A DNA stretch of 64,000 nt from Verrucomicrobiales bacterium (lineage in GTDB: Bacteria; Verrucomicrobiota; Verrucomicrobiia; Limisphaerales; UBA9464). The notes under the pieces are model-generated. The model made no database searches and had not been told where the DNA came from. It saw only the letters and a list, made by a program, of their open reading frames with translations. Location: NCBI GenBank assembly GCA_027483345.1, contig JAIXUV010000080.1, positions 1,679 through 65,678 of the forward strand. Reading direction: 5' to 3'. Made by a program: the position numbers and the translations under genes. Every line of letters starts with the position of its first letter. The first letter of the stretch is position 1. Shown in pieces: positions 1 to 8,680 of the stretch.

Positions 1-17
1 GCGATCGGCGGATCGAT

Positions 18-1568
18 GTGGTCCTGTCCACCGAGGTCGCGCGGGGCTCGCGAAGTGGGACGCGTCGTTACCTGGCGCCATCGCCCGGCACACGTTTCGT
101 GGGCTCGGGCATCGCGACGAACCGTCCCGTGAGCCCGTTCTTCGATCCCCCGGGGCGGCCCATGACCGAGACCCGGGATGCGGAGTTGGGTCTCGTCATC
201 GACCCCTTGAACCCTCCACCGCTGCCGACGAACGGATGGTTCCGGATCGACGACAACATCAGCGACGACACCGGCAGGACGAACTGGGGCCTGATCCGCC
301 AGCAGTTCCATCTGGGATTGCTCGTCCAGCGCGACGACGGAGTCCACAGCGGCTGGTTGCGGATGGACAAATCGGCCGCTGGAACCTGGGGAATCCAAGC
401 CTTCGCCCTTCACCCGCAACCCGGACAACCACTGGCCGTTGGAGACAATCCCCCGCCGACGCCTCCGCCCACCGTCGAATGGATGCCCAACTACACCCGG
501 CTCACCGTGTCGAACGACACCACCACCCGACTGATCTTCCTGGGCGTGCATCGGTGGACCAACCATGCCGATCACAGCCATGGTCAGGTCGTGGATCTGC
601 GGGGTCAGGATGACTGGCTCTGGGCAATCCCCTCCGGCGACACCAACACGCTCCTCTCGCTGGAACCCAGGACCCGCCTCGACGTGCTGCCTCCGGGTGG
701 AATCCAGACGCGCTCCCGCCTCGGCCTCATCGTTCTCTCGGTGGCGACCGACGCAGATGGGCTTGTCGAGGAACGTGGCCCGTTGGCAAACCAGCCTTCC
801 GGCTACTTCGGCTTCAAGGGATCCGGATTTGGCGGATGGATCCACCTCGTGCGGGACACCTGGGTCGCCCGCTTCTCGACGTCGGCGACCGTCGTGAATG
901 GTCCTTCGCTGGCCTCCGGCCCGGGCAATTCGGGTTCCGCGCAGAATGTGGATCTCAACAACGATGGCTGGATCGATTTCGTCCTGATGAATGAGGAGTT
1001 CATCAACTCCGACTTCAGCCGGACCGATCGATACTTCCATCCCCTTTCCGACTGCGCGCTCTTCATCCCGAGCGGCGGGGACGACACCCCCTACACTCCC
1101 ATCGGCTCGACTCTGGTGATCGATCCCGCCGGTACCTGGAGTACCAACAGGACCACCTTGGAATTCTCGTGGCGGAGCGGCTTCGTCGCCTCCGACCGGG
1201 GTGGGGCCTACCTCGAGAACGGATACATGGGAGTCCGCTTCACCGGCCGGGATGGCATTCACTACGGATGGCTCCGATGGAACGCCGGATCGCTGCAGTT
1301 TGGGCCTGCCGCGTCGGCGGTGAATCCATGGCCGGGGGAACCGGTCACCGTCGGGCAACCCGCCCCAGGCTCCCTGCGGATCCGACGGACGGCGAATGCG
1401 TTGGCCGCCTATTGGCCGATGGGCACCACGGGTGTTCTGGAGCGACGACCGGCAGTGGAGGGTGGCTCCCTGAACCAAGGATGGACCCCGGTCACTTCCA
1501 GCGCGGCGAACGAGCACGTCGAGGCCAGTCTGGAAGGTGCCCTATTCCGGTTCCGGCCGACGCCCTAG
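18..1568 (+). CDS. hypothetical protein with three G-W-rich repeats, possibly secreted or surface-located
   Basis: 516-aa ORF with a recurring motif (HSGWLRMDK, FGGWIHLVRD, HYGWLRWNAG). No catalytic motif recognised. The start is uncertain because the ORF opens 17 nt from the window edge. Confidence 0.4.
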   Translation: MVLSTEVARGSRSGTRRYLAPSPGTRFVGSGIATNRPVSPFFDPPGRPMTETRDAELGLVIDPLNPPPLPTNGWFRIDDNISDDTGRTNWGLIRQQFHLGLLVQRDDGVHSGWLRMDKSAAGTWGIQAFALHPQPGQPLAVGDNPPPTPPPTVEWMPNYTRLTVSNDTTTRLIFLGVHRWTNHADHSHGQVVDLRGQDDWLWAIPSGDTNTLLSLEPRTRLDVLPPGGIQTRSRLGLIVLSVATDADGLVEERGPLANQPSGYFGFKGSGFGGWIHLVRDTWVARFSTSATVVNGPSLASGPGNSGSAQNVDLNNDGWIDFVLMNEEFINSDFSRTDRYFHPLSDCALFIPSGGDDTPYTPIGSTLVIDPAGTWSTNRTTLEFSWRSGFVASDRGGAYLENGYMGVRFTGRDGIHYGWLRWNAGSLQFGPAASAVNPWPGEPVTVGQPAPGSLRIRRTANALAAYWPMGTTGVLERRPAVEGGSLNQGWTPVTSSAANEHVEASLEGALFRFRPTP

Positions 1569-1600
1569 TAACCCAGAACGGGTCTGTAGGTTCGAAGAGG

Positions 1601-1623
1601 TACGGAGTCCCGGCTTCAGCCGG
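1601..1623. repeat. inverted copy of a short hairpin repeat (core CCGGCTGAAGCCGG)
   Basis: tacggagtcccggcttcagccgg is the reverse complement, with 1 mismatch, of the core of the 40-nt repeats at 1671-1710 and 5298-5337. Confidence 0.6.
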
Positions 1624-1670
1624 CGGAAACCCTCCCGGTCCGAACACCTCGGAATCCAACCTGACGACCT

Positions 1671-1710
1671 GTCGCTGAAGGTCCAAACCGGCTGAAGCCG
1701 GGCCTCCATA
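1671..1710. repeat. 40-nt intergenic repeat, copy 1 (REP-like, contains hairpin ccggc-tgaa-gccgg)
   Basis: gtcgctgaaggtccaaaccggctgaagccgggcctccata matches 5298-5337 at 37/40 positions. Confidence 0.7.
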
Positions 1711-1719
1711 CTGCCGGGG

Positions 1720-2625
1720 TCAAACATGGGGCGACGCCGGTTCCATGCCGGGACCGGACGTCGCGGCACGCCGAGCCGACCAGAGCACACCCGCCACCAC
1801 CGTGAGAGCGCCGAGCAGTGCCCACGGGGTCAGCACTTCCCCCCAGAACGCATAGGCCGACAGCAGGGCGACGACCGGCTCCAACGCCGCGGTGGTCGCA
1901 GCCTGCGCGGGGTGGAGGCGTTGCAGTCCATGGGCGTAGGACAGGTAGGCTCCGAACGTGCAGAAGACCGAGAGAAAGACGAGGGCGGCTCCGCCTCGGA
2001 CGGAGACGGCTCCGAACGTGGTGAACGGGACGAGGGCCACGGCGCCCACCGCAAGTGACCAGGCGAGGACACGCGACGGTGCGTTCCGCGCGAACAACGG
2101 ACGCCCCATCAAGTAGTAGAGGGCGTAGGTGAGTCCCGACAGCAGGCCCCAGCCGAGCGCCCGCCCGTTGAGGTGCGACACGCCCCCGACGCCCGGCGCC
2201 ATGGCCACCAGCACCACCCCCAGCAGCGTCGGCGCCAGGGGCAACGCCGCGCCGAATCCCAGGGGTTCACCCCATCCGAGCCATCCACCGACCGCCACCC
2301 ACAAGGGGGCGGAGTACAGAAGGATCGAGGCGATGGCGACCCCGCCCTCCTGCACCGAGTTCAGATAGGCAAGGTACATCAGCGCCACCCCGCCGACGCC
2401 GAGCGACATGGCACGCAAGCGATCCTCGGGTCTCAGGGGTGCCGCCTGCGACAGCCAGGCATGCAGTCCGAACCACAGGGCCCCCAGCGCCGCCCGCCAG
2501 AAGGCGACCGCAGACGGCGCAATCGACTCGGCCATCGCCACGCGGCCCACGACGCCGATGAGGCCCCACTGCAGGGCGGCCAGCACCATGAACCAGCGGC
2601 CGACGATCTCCGCCCGCACCCTCAT
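1720..2625 (-). CDS. EamA/DMT-family transporter (about 10 TM)
   Basis: Glycine/alanine/leucine-rich polytopic protein with two EamA-like halves. I take the internal ATG at 2625 (MRVRAEIVGRWFMVLAALQWG) as the start because it forms an ATGA overlap with the stop of the upstream gene. The 101-aa upstream extension of the ORF is G/R/P-rich and looks non-coding. Confidence 0.75.
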   Translation of the reverse strand: MRVRAEIVGRWFMVLAALQWGLIGVVGRVAMAESIAPSAVAFWRAALGALWFGLHAWLSQAAPLRPEDRLRAMSLGVGGVALMYLAYLNSVQEGGVAIASILLYSAPLWVAVGGWLGWGEPLGFGAALPLAPTLLGVVLVAMAPGVGGVSHLNGRALGWGLLSGLTYALYYLMGRPLFARNAPSRVLAWSLAVGAVALVPFTTFGAVSVRGGAALVFLSVFCTFGAYLSYAHGLQRLHPAQAATTAALEPVVALLSAYAFWGEVLTPWALLGALTVVAGVLWSARRAATSGPGMEPASPHV

Positions 2626-3416
2626 GGCTTCCACTCCCGGACCACCTCCCAGGCCATCCGCCTCAGGTAGAGCGCATCGGCCTCGTCCATCCCGGCCGGG
2701 ACGTAGGCAAGGGGCTCCGGACTGGTCCGGTACAACGTGGCGTACACGACGCACGTCTCCAGGTACGTGCCCGACAGGCTGGGATGCTCCCGGTCGGGAG
2801 CGAACAACTCCAGCTTGGGCCGCTCCTGGAGGACCCGTTGCCAAGCCACCGCCACCGGCGCCACCTCCGCCCCCAACTCGCTGGCGACCGCCCGGTGTGC
2901 CTCCGCGATCTGTCCGTTGTCGATCCAAGCCAGCCGAGCATACGCCCAGGTCATGAGCAGGACGGGCCGCGCCTTCACCGCCCGAACCGACTCGACGAAC
3001 TTCCGCGCGTTCTCACGGAAGTACGAGACGTTGATCTCCGGGAGGTCTTCCTGCAGCAGGACGTCGGTCCAACTGCCAGCGGCGATCATGGCTCGGGGTT
3101 CCGGGCGTTCCCAATTCGACTTCAGGGTGGCGCCCCCCTGGACGCTCTTACCGGTCTCCAAGCGGACCGCTGCACCGCCGGACGCCGCCAGCTTCTCGAG
3201 ATGCGAGTAAACCCCATCGTTCCAATAGGTGAGGCTGTTGCCGACGAACAGGACCCTACGAACGGGAGTCTCCGCCGGTTGGTGTTTGGAATCCCGATCG
3301 GCAGCCTTGGTGACGGATCCTTCAGCCATGGTCCAACACAGCAGCGCGACGGCGCACCGACCCAGGCGATTCGGGACAGGAATCGACCACCGGCTGTCGC
3401 GCTGGATTCGATTCAT
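2622..3416 (-). CDS. SGNH/GDSL-like hydrolase with N-terminal signal peptide
   Basis: Block I-like VLFVGNSLTYWNDG and C-terminal D-x-x-H (DREHPS). Hydrophobic N-terminus. Stop overlaps the start of the EamA gene (ATGA). Confidence 0.5.
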   Translation of the reverse strand: MNRIQRDSRWSIPVPNRLGRCAVALLCWTMAEGSVTKAADRDSKHQPAETPVRRVLFVGNSLTYWNDGVYSHLEKLAASGGAAVRLETGKSVQGGATLKSNWERPEPRAMIAAGSWTDVLLQEDLPEINVSYFRENARKFVESVRAVKARPVLLMTWAYARLAWIDNGQIAEAHRAVASELGAEVAPVAVAWQRVLQERPKLELFAPDREHPSLSGTYLETCVVYATLYRTSPEPLAYVPAGMDEADALYLRRMAWEVVREWKP

Positions 3417-3662
3417 GCACAGGAGTTCACGGTAGAGAGACGAACGTGGATGGAGGCCGTGGAATGCTCAACAGGAGATCACGTCGCGGAGGAAGTCCGC
3501 CGCCTCCAGCAATGCCCGCTTTCGGCCCTATGCAACGGTTTGCCTCCACCCTCCGGAACTACCTTTTCGCCCCCCGCCAATGGAGATCTCACTGACGGGT
3601 TCTTGAGGGCATCGCCGCTCGCGGAGTCGTTGAGTCGGACGGTTCCCGTCTGAATCCTTGGG

Positions 3663-4583
3663 CTATGGCTCACGCCACGGCCCGCCCTTTGTCCAGTGAC
3701 CGGGCGAACCGCTCCGTGCCCGTGCCGCCTCGGCGGCCGGGAGCAGAAATCGTCCGGCCAGCTTCACCACTTCCGCAAAATCTGGGTTTGGGTCAGTCCG
3801 GACGACCTTTCTCCAGAACGCCTTCCATTGTGTCCGCTTGACGGGTTCGGTTGCGAAGACGGAGCTCAGCCCAACGGGAATGGCCGCCGGAATCTCGGTG
3901 TTTCGCCGGGCGAACGTAGCGGAAATGGCCCGGGCCAGCCGCTCGCCTTGGAAATCGAACCGCTGCGAGAGGAGCCAAACGTCAAAGTAGTCCTTCATCC
4001 GGGTGTTGCGTTCTCCCAGTGAAACCATCGCCTCGAACTTTTCCGCCAAGGCGGTTTCCTTGGTGTAGGCCCGTAGGACGGGCTTTGGCATGTCGAGCAG
4101 GGTGGGAAACTCAATCTCCTCGGGCTCCAAGGTGAACGCGTCGCCGAAGCCGATGTCGGCCTGCACCGGGATGCGGGCATTGCCAACCCGCGCCTGGAGA
4201 GTGACCCGGACACCAACGTACTCTTGGTCTGCGCGGATCGACTCCGCTTCGATGGACTCCACCTCGAACTGCACACCGTCATCCACCGCGATGGAGCAGA
4301 TTTCCCGGAAAGTTTCTGCCGCAACCGAGGGAGAATTGTCGCCGAAGCCGAGCAGGTCGGCGTCGCGTGTCACCCGCTCGCTCGATCCTTCTCCCCAGAC
4401 AATCAGGAGCATGGCTCCCTTCAGGATGAACCGGGAATGGTGCGGCGAACGGGAGAGGCGATAGAGCAGACGCTCCGTGCAGTAGCGCTCCAACAGATCC
4501 TGGAGCGACATCTTGGAGTTGCGAGAGAGCTGCAACAGCCGCGCTTGGACCGACGCGGCGACGTTTGGACCCTTCTGCTTCAC
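3663..4583 (-). CDS. abiEii: AbiEii/AbiGii-family nucleotidyltransferase toxin (type IV TA)
   Basis: N-terminus VQARLLQLSRNSKMSLQDLLERYCTERLLYRLS...FILKGAMLL...TRDADLLG is typical of DUF1814/AbiEii. 4-nt overlap with the upstream AbiEi gene. Confidence 0.8.
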   Translation of the reverse strand: MKQKGPNVAASVQARLLQLSRNSKMSLQDLLERYCTERLLYRLSRSPHHSRFILKGAMLLIVWGEGSSERVTRDADLLGFGDNSPSVAAETFREICSIAVDDGVQFEVESIEAESIRADQEYVGVRVTLQARVGNARIPVQADIGFGDAFTLEPEEIEFPTLLDMPKPVLRAYTKETALAEKFEAMVSLGERNTRMKDYFDVWLLSQRFDFQGERLARAISATFARRNTEIPAAIPVGLSSVFATEPVKRTQWKAFWRKVVRTDPNPDFAEVVKLAGRFLLPAAEAARARSGSPGHWTKGGPWREP

Positions 4584-5173
4584 TCGAGCACTCCTTCCAG
4601 GTAGGGGCGCATGACGTTGAGGACCCGGCAGACACGGGCGAACCGGTAGAGGTCCTCGGTCGTCACCTGCTTCTTTTTCCAGGCGTCCTTAAGCGCCTCG
4701 ATGGCGGTCTTGGTGCCGATCTGGTTTCGGAACTTGAAGCAGTCGGCCACCGTCTTGGCGGCGGAGTAGATCCGGACCGGCACACCGGCGATGGTGTGCG
4801 TCTCGATGCCCTCATGAAACGAAGGCCCGGAGAAGTAGTGGACCTTGAGCTGGAGGGAATCGATCTGTGGTGCGCGGGAATGGCTCTCGATGGCGATCCA
4901 GACCGCCCCAGGGCTTTCGGTGGTGAGTTCGTGGAACCGAAGCGCCGAAAGAAGGCAAACCACGGCGTCGGGCTTCCGCAGCGCGAGGAGCGCTAGGTCC
5001 TCATGGGACTCGAGGGGCGCATCGGCGACACGGTAGATGCCACGCCCCATTTCAATCAGCCGCCCTTCGCGGGCGAGCTTGCGGATGCCCATGCGGTGCA
5101 CTGGGGAGGACCGCACACGAAAGAGCGCGGCGCCCGCCGTTCCTTCCTTTGGTTTCCTCAGATTCGCACCCAC
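4580..5173 (-). CDS. abiEi: AbiEi-family antitoxin / transcriptional regulator
   Basis: wHTH-like N-terminus (MGIRKLAREGRLIEMGRGIYRVAD) and position immediately upstream of AbiEii. GTG start at 5173. Confidence 0.75.
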   Translation of the reverse strand: MGANLRKPKEGTAGAALFRVRSSPVHRMGIRKLAREGRLIEMGRGIYRVADAPLESHEDLALLALRKPDAVVCLLSALRFHELTTESPGAVWIAIESHSRAPQIDSLQLKVHYFSGPSFHEGIETHTIAGVPVRIYSAAKTVADCFKFRNQIGTKTAIEALKDAWKKKQVTTEDLYRFARVCRVLNVMRPYLEGVLE

Positions 5174-5190
5174 ATCGGAACATTTACAAT

Positions 5191-5220
5191 ATGTCGGTAG
5201 TTATGATCAAGTACCGACAT
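5191..5220. promoter_or_regulatory. 9-bp perfect inverted repeat ATGTCGGTA-N12-TACCGACAT, a candidate AbiEi operator
   Basis: Verified by eye: atgtcggta at 5191-5199 and taccgacat at 5212-5220, in an AT-rich stretch 18-47 nt upstream of the abiEi start. Confidence 0.35.
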
Positions 5221-5297
5221 TCTGATCCACGTGTCCTTCGAAGGCTCGCTTCAAGGGACCTGGCGAAGACTGGATACAGCAGGGCTCCGACGGCCCG

Positions 5298-5337
5298 TCG
5301 CTGAAGATCCACACCGGCTGAAGCCGGGACTCCATAC
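5298..5337. repeat. 40-nt intergenic repeat, copy 2
   Basis: gtcgctgaagatccacaccggctgaagccgggactccata, same orientation as 1671-1710. Confidence 0.7.
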
Positions 5338-5582
5338 CCCAGACGCGAACTGCCATTCCGAAGTGTGCTGGGGAACCTACTCAGCCAATACCCTCAAGCG
5401 AAGGTGATCGGGGAAGCGGAGGAGCGGGGGAAGGTGAAGATCCCGAAGGAGGAAGATTGGAGGCGAGGGTCGGAATCGCCCGACTCTCGCCTGTAACCTG
5501 TTGCAAAATATCGGGTTTTGCTGGGGTTTCAAGTAAACTCTGCTTGCGGATGCCATCGCTCCCAGGCCTCAAAGCTTAACCG

Positions 5583-5605
5583 TTTTACTGACACTTTTAC
5601 TGACA
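5583..5605. repeat. tandem direct repeat ttttactgaca x2 (period 12)
   Basis: ttttactgaca-c-ttttactgaca lies in the 590-nt ORF-poor spacer, about 165 nt upstream of the NADAR gene. It may be an operator or promoter element. Confidence 0.3.
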
Positions 5606-5768
5606 GTGTTTCGGTGCTCAAAAGGAGGCGGAGCCGTTCGGTTTTCGCACCCAATTCGCAGATCACTTTCAATCGCCGCCGCAAGGTTGCGCCGGAATTG
5701 CGATCCCAAGTGGACTCACCCAAACTGGGTGAAACGCTTGTTCCACCGCGGGTCCGGCGAAGCCGAAC

Positions 5769-6287
5769 ATGAGCAACGAAGTTCATCCGAAGTGCGAAGG
5801 TCCGAACTGTCCTGAGGGTTCCCCCCTCAGGACAATCCGCTTCTTCAAGCCGGAAACTTCGCACGGCTTCCTCTCGAACTACTTCCGCTGGACGTTCGTT
5901 CTCGAATGCCGCCGTTGGGAGAACGTCGAGCATTACTACCAAGCCGCGAAGTTCAGCCACGATTCAAAGCTGACCGAAGCAATCTGTCGCCATTCCCACC
6001 CCGATGCCACCAAGAGCTTCAGCCGTGAACACGTGTCCGATTGCCGGCCGGATTGGCCGGGAATGAAGCTCCTCGTTATGCGCAAAGCCGTTTGGGCAAA
6101 GTTTGGTCAGTCGGCCCTGCTCACCCGGGAACTCCTTGCGACCGGTAATGCGTCCCTGATCGAGGATTCCCCTTTCGATTCTTTCTGGGGTGTGGGGCCA
6201 ACGGGCAAAGGTGACAACCACCTCGGCATGTTGCTGATGGAGCTCCGCGGTGAACTTCAAAGGGAGTTTGCAGAGCCGCGCCCGTGA
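5769..6287 (+). CDS. NADAR (YbiA/DUF1768) family protein
   Basis: FLSNYF...WENVEHYYQAAKF...DSPFDSFWGVGPTGKGDNHLGMLLMELR are the characteristic NADAR blocks. Confidence 0.8.
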   Translation: MSNEVHPKCEGPNCPEGSPLRTIRFFKPETSHGFLSNYFRWTFVLECRRWENVEHYYQAAKFSHDSKLTEAICRHSHPDATKSFSREHVSDCRPDWPGMKLLVMRKAVWAKFGQSALLTRELLATGNASLIEDSPFDSFWGVGPTGKGDNHLGMLLMELRGELQREFAEPRP

Positions 6288-6374
6288 ACCGAGCGCACAC
6301 AGTTGGCAGTGGCCACCATAACGGGGAAACGGAACGGCAGTCCGCCGTCATTCCCGACCCGATAGAGGATACCC

Positions 6375-6611
6375 ATGCCCACATTCCACCCCCTGCTCTA
6401 CTCCGTTCGTGACGGTGCCGCCATCGGTCAGACGGTCGAGGCAGCCGATGCCAACGAGGCCGTTCGACACGTCGCAGCGGCGGTCTGCAATCTTACTTTT
6501 CCAGAAGTGGATCGGGCGCTTGCCGCTTGGGACTTCGAAGTCATCGCCGTGATGGCTGGCGATCCGAATTTCGTCCCGACCACGAAGCTGCCCCTATTTC
6601 CGGCGCTTTAG
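6375..6611 (+). CDS. small hypothetical protein (78 aa); a truncated paralog lies at 8534-8680
   Basis: The ORF has an ATG start. Its N-terminal 38 aa are clearly similar to the ORF at 8534. Confidence 0.5.
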   Translation: MPTFHPLLYSVRDGAAIGQTVEAADANEAVRHVAAAVCNLTFPEVDRALAAWDFEVIAVMAGDPNFVPTTKLPLFPAL

Positions 6612-6692
6612 GCCATCCAACCGAATGACGGTTCGGTGAGCGGCACATCCCGCGGCGAACCTGCATAACCGGGTCACGGGTCGAATGTATTC

Positions 6693-7340
6693 ATGCCCCA
6701 AGGAGGTAATTCCATGCAGTCCATCGAACAGGCGTCCAACGCCGAGCTTTTGTCCGCCCTCACCGGTGCCGGGCCGGCCCAGTTACTCATGGAACGTTTT
6801 GGCGGTCTCGCGCCGCTTGCCCGGGCGTCACTCGATGACCTCCAACAACTAAAGGGTATTGGCAAAGGCAAGGCGGCAGCGATTCGCTCCGCCTTTCTCC
6901 TTGCCCAGCGTTTGACTCAAGAAACGCACCGTGAGGCACCCATGCTCGACACGCCGGAGCGGGTGGCCGACGTCCTTCGTGAACCCAACCGGCTGTATGC
7001 CGTCGAACATTTCCAAGTCCTCTGCCTCAACACGCGTCGCCGCCTGCTAGCCGTAGAGAGCATCGGCCAAGGCATTCTCGACCAAGTGCTCGTTCATGCT
7101 CGCGAGGTCTTCGCCATCGCCATCGCGAAGCGGGCTTCGGCCATCATTCTTGCGCATAATCATCCCAGCGGGGACCCGACGCCGAGTGATGCGGACATCC
7201 GCGTGACGCGCGACCTCATCCGCGCCGGTCAATTGCTCAAGATCGAGGTATTGGATCACATCATCCTGGGGCAACGCACCATCGAACGTCCTCGCGATTA
7301 CTGCTCCTTGCGGGAGCTTGGCCATTTTGCAGGGTATTGA
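6693..7340 (+). CDS. radC: RadC-like JAB/MPN domain protein
   Basis: HhH-like N-terminus (DLQQLKGIGKGKAAAI) and JAMM motif HNHPSGDPTPSDADIRVT. Confidence 0.85.
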   Translation: MPQGGNSMQSIEQASNAELLSALTGAGPAQLLMERFGGLAPLARASLDDLQQLKGIGKGKAAAIRSAFLLAQRLTQETHREAPMLDTPERVADVLREPNRLYAVEHFQVLCLNTRRRLLAVESIGQGILDQVLVHAREVFAIAIAKRASAIILAHNHPSGDPTPSDADIRVTRDLIRAGQLLKIEVLDHIILGQRTIERPRDYCSLRELGHFAGY

Positions 7341-7477
7341 GTATTGCCGGGCTCGGCACATGGCCCATTTCCATTCCTGTGGGATTGCGAACATTCGGTC
7401 GGCGGCTATTCCGCGAAGCATTCACAGGACCGGTCGGGATCAGAGGCGATTAACCCTCTTTCTAAGGAGAATCGTCT

Positions 7478-7801
7478 ATGTCCAAACAAACCACCGAAAC
7501 CAAAGCCACCCGTCCCGTGCATGAAATCCGGCTGGGCCTGATCAAGGGCGCCATCTGGGCCAACACCACGCGGGAGGGGGTCATGTTCAACGTCACCTTC
7601 GAGCGCAGCTACAAGGACGGAGAGGAGTGGAAAACCACGAACTCTTTCGGCCGCGACGACCTGCTGAAGCTGGCCAAGCTCGCGGATGAAGCCCATTCGT
7701 GGATCACCCGGCAGCCTCCGCCACGCACCCCACAGGGACCCATGAACCGCGGCACCCTGCCGAAGGCCGCTCCGCGGATGGCAGGACGTTCCGCATCCTG
7801 A
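7478..7801 (+). CDS. hypothetical protein (107 aa)
   Basis: Well-formed ORF with an aggag Shine-Dalgarno site 8 nt upstream of the ATG (ctaaggagaatcgtctATG). Mixed-charge N-terminal two-thirds. No motif recognised. Confidence 0.5.
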   Translation: MSKQTTETKATRPVHEIRLGLIKGAIWANTTREGVMFNVTFERSYKDGEEWKTTNSFGRDDLLKLAKLADEAHSWITRQPPPRTPQGPMNRGTLPKAAPRMAGRSAS

Positions 7802-8533
7802 ATCTCCGGCGCTTCCGGCCTTGGAACCGCAAAGATTCTCAGCAAATGGCATAGCTCCCGGCACGGACCCGCAGAGGGTCCTCCGAAAGAATTCCCATGA
7901 ACCAAGACTCTGCTGCCAATGCCCACGATGACAGTCAGTTGGACGTATTGAAGATTAAGCGGATTGTCTTGCCTGCGACGCGCTGGCAGCGCCTGAAGCC
8001 AGCACAGACATTCCATCATAACTGACACCCACCGCCTTGAGGAAGGCTCTCCGCATATCTATATCGGACGACACTTACTGCCGCCGAGCTGCCTCAACGC
8101 CTGGAAGTGCAGGGGCGTACCCTGCCGGAAGCCGGACAGCGCAACCTGACTCGCTGCATAGGCTGGGGAGTTCTGCCGCAAGTCCACCATCGCAACTAGG
8201 ACGAGTGGCGTTTCAGCCGGAACAGCTTGATTCCCTGCTCAAGCCCGGGGCACTCCGTTCATTGTCATCGGGATTGATCCGATTGACCAAGGCGCTGCAT
8301 CCCTCGGTCGATATACCCCTATCTGCATTTAATCGAAGATTCCTGCGATTACTGGTACACCACGACTTCTCTACCCCGTCGCACGGGATAATACCAACTT
8401 CTCACGCGTTCGTCATATCGCGCGGCAGGCTGGACGCCAAGAATACCACTTTGCGCCAGCTCGCCAGTACATAGCATAATCGTATAACGGAACATTGAAC
8501 CCAACGTCATTCCCAACCTGCTGCAGAATGCCA

Positions 8534-8680
8534 ATGCCTAACATTCATCCCTTGTTCTACTCCCATCGCGTCAGTGCCGCCAATAGCCACACAGTCGAGG
8601 CAAAGGATTCCGGTGAAGCCGTTCAACACGTCCCAGCGGCAGTCTGCTGCTGTTTGATATTGCCGCATGAAGAGTTGTGA
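8534..8680 (+). pseudogene. truncated paralog of the 6375-6611 gene
   Basis: MPNIHPLFYSHRVSAANSHTVEAKDSGEAVQHVPAAVC versus MPTFHPLLYSVRDGAAIGQTVEAADANEAVRHVAAAVC. Similarity extends upstream (gtcattccc[ga]acc) and ends where the low-GC 679-aa ORF begins. Confidence 0.4.

Noticed and set aside
2626-2928. 101-aa N-terminal extension of the EamA ORF (the ORF is listed as 1720-2928)
   Set aside because: The extension is G/R/P-rich and low in complexity. It lies entirely inside the SGNH-hydrolase gene in another frame. The internal ATG at 2625 gives a clean ATGA coupling and a normal transporter N-terminus.
8037-8474. 145-aa plus-strand ORF in the 7.8-8.5 kb spacer
   Set aside because: Its S/A/R/P-rich translation is not protein-like, it has no start context, and the region looks like decayed non-coding DNA.
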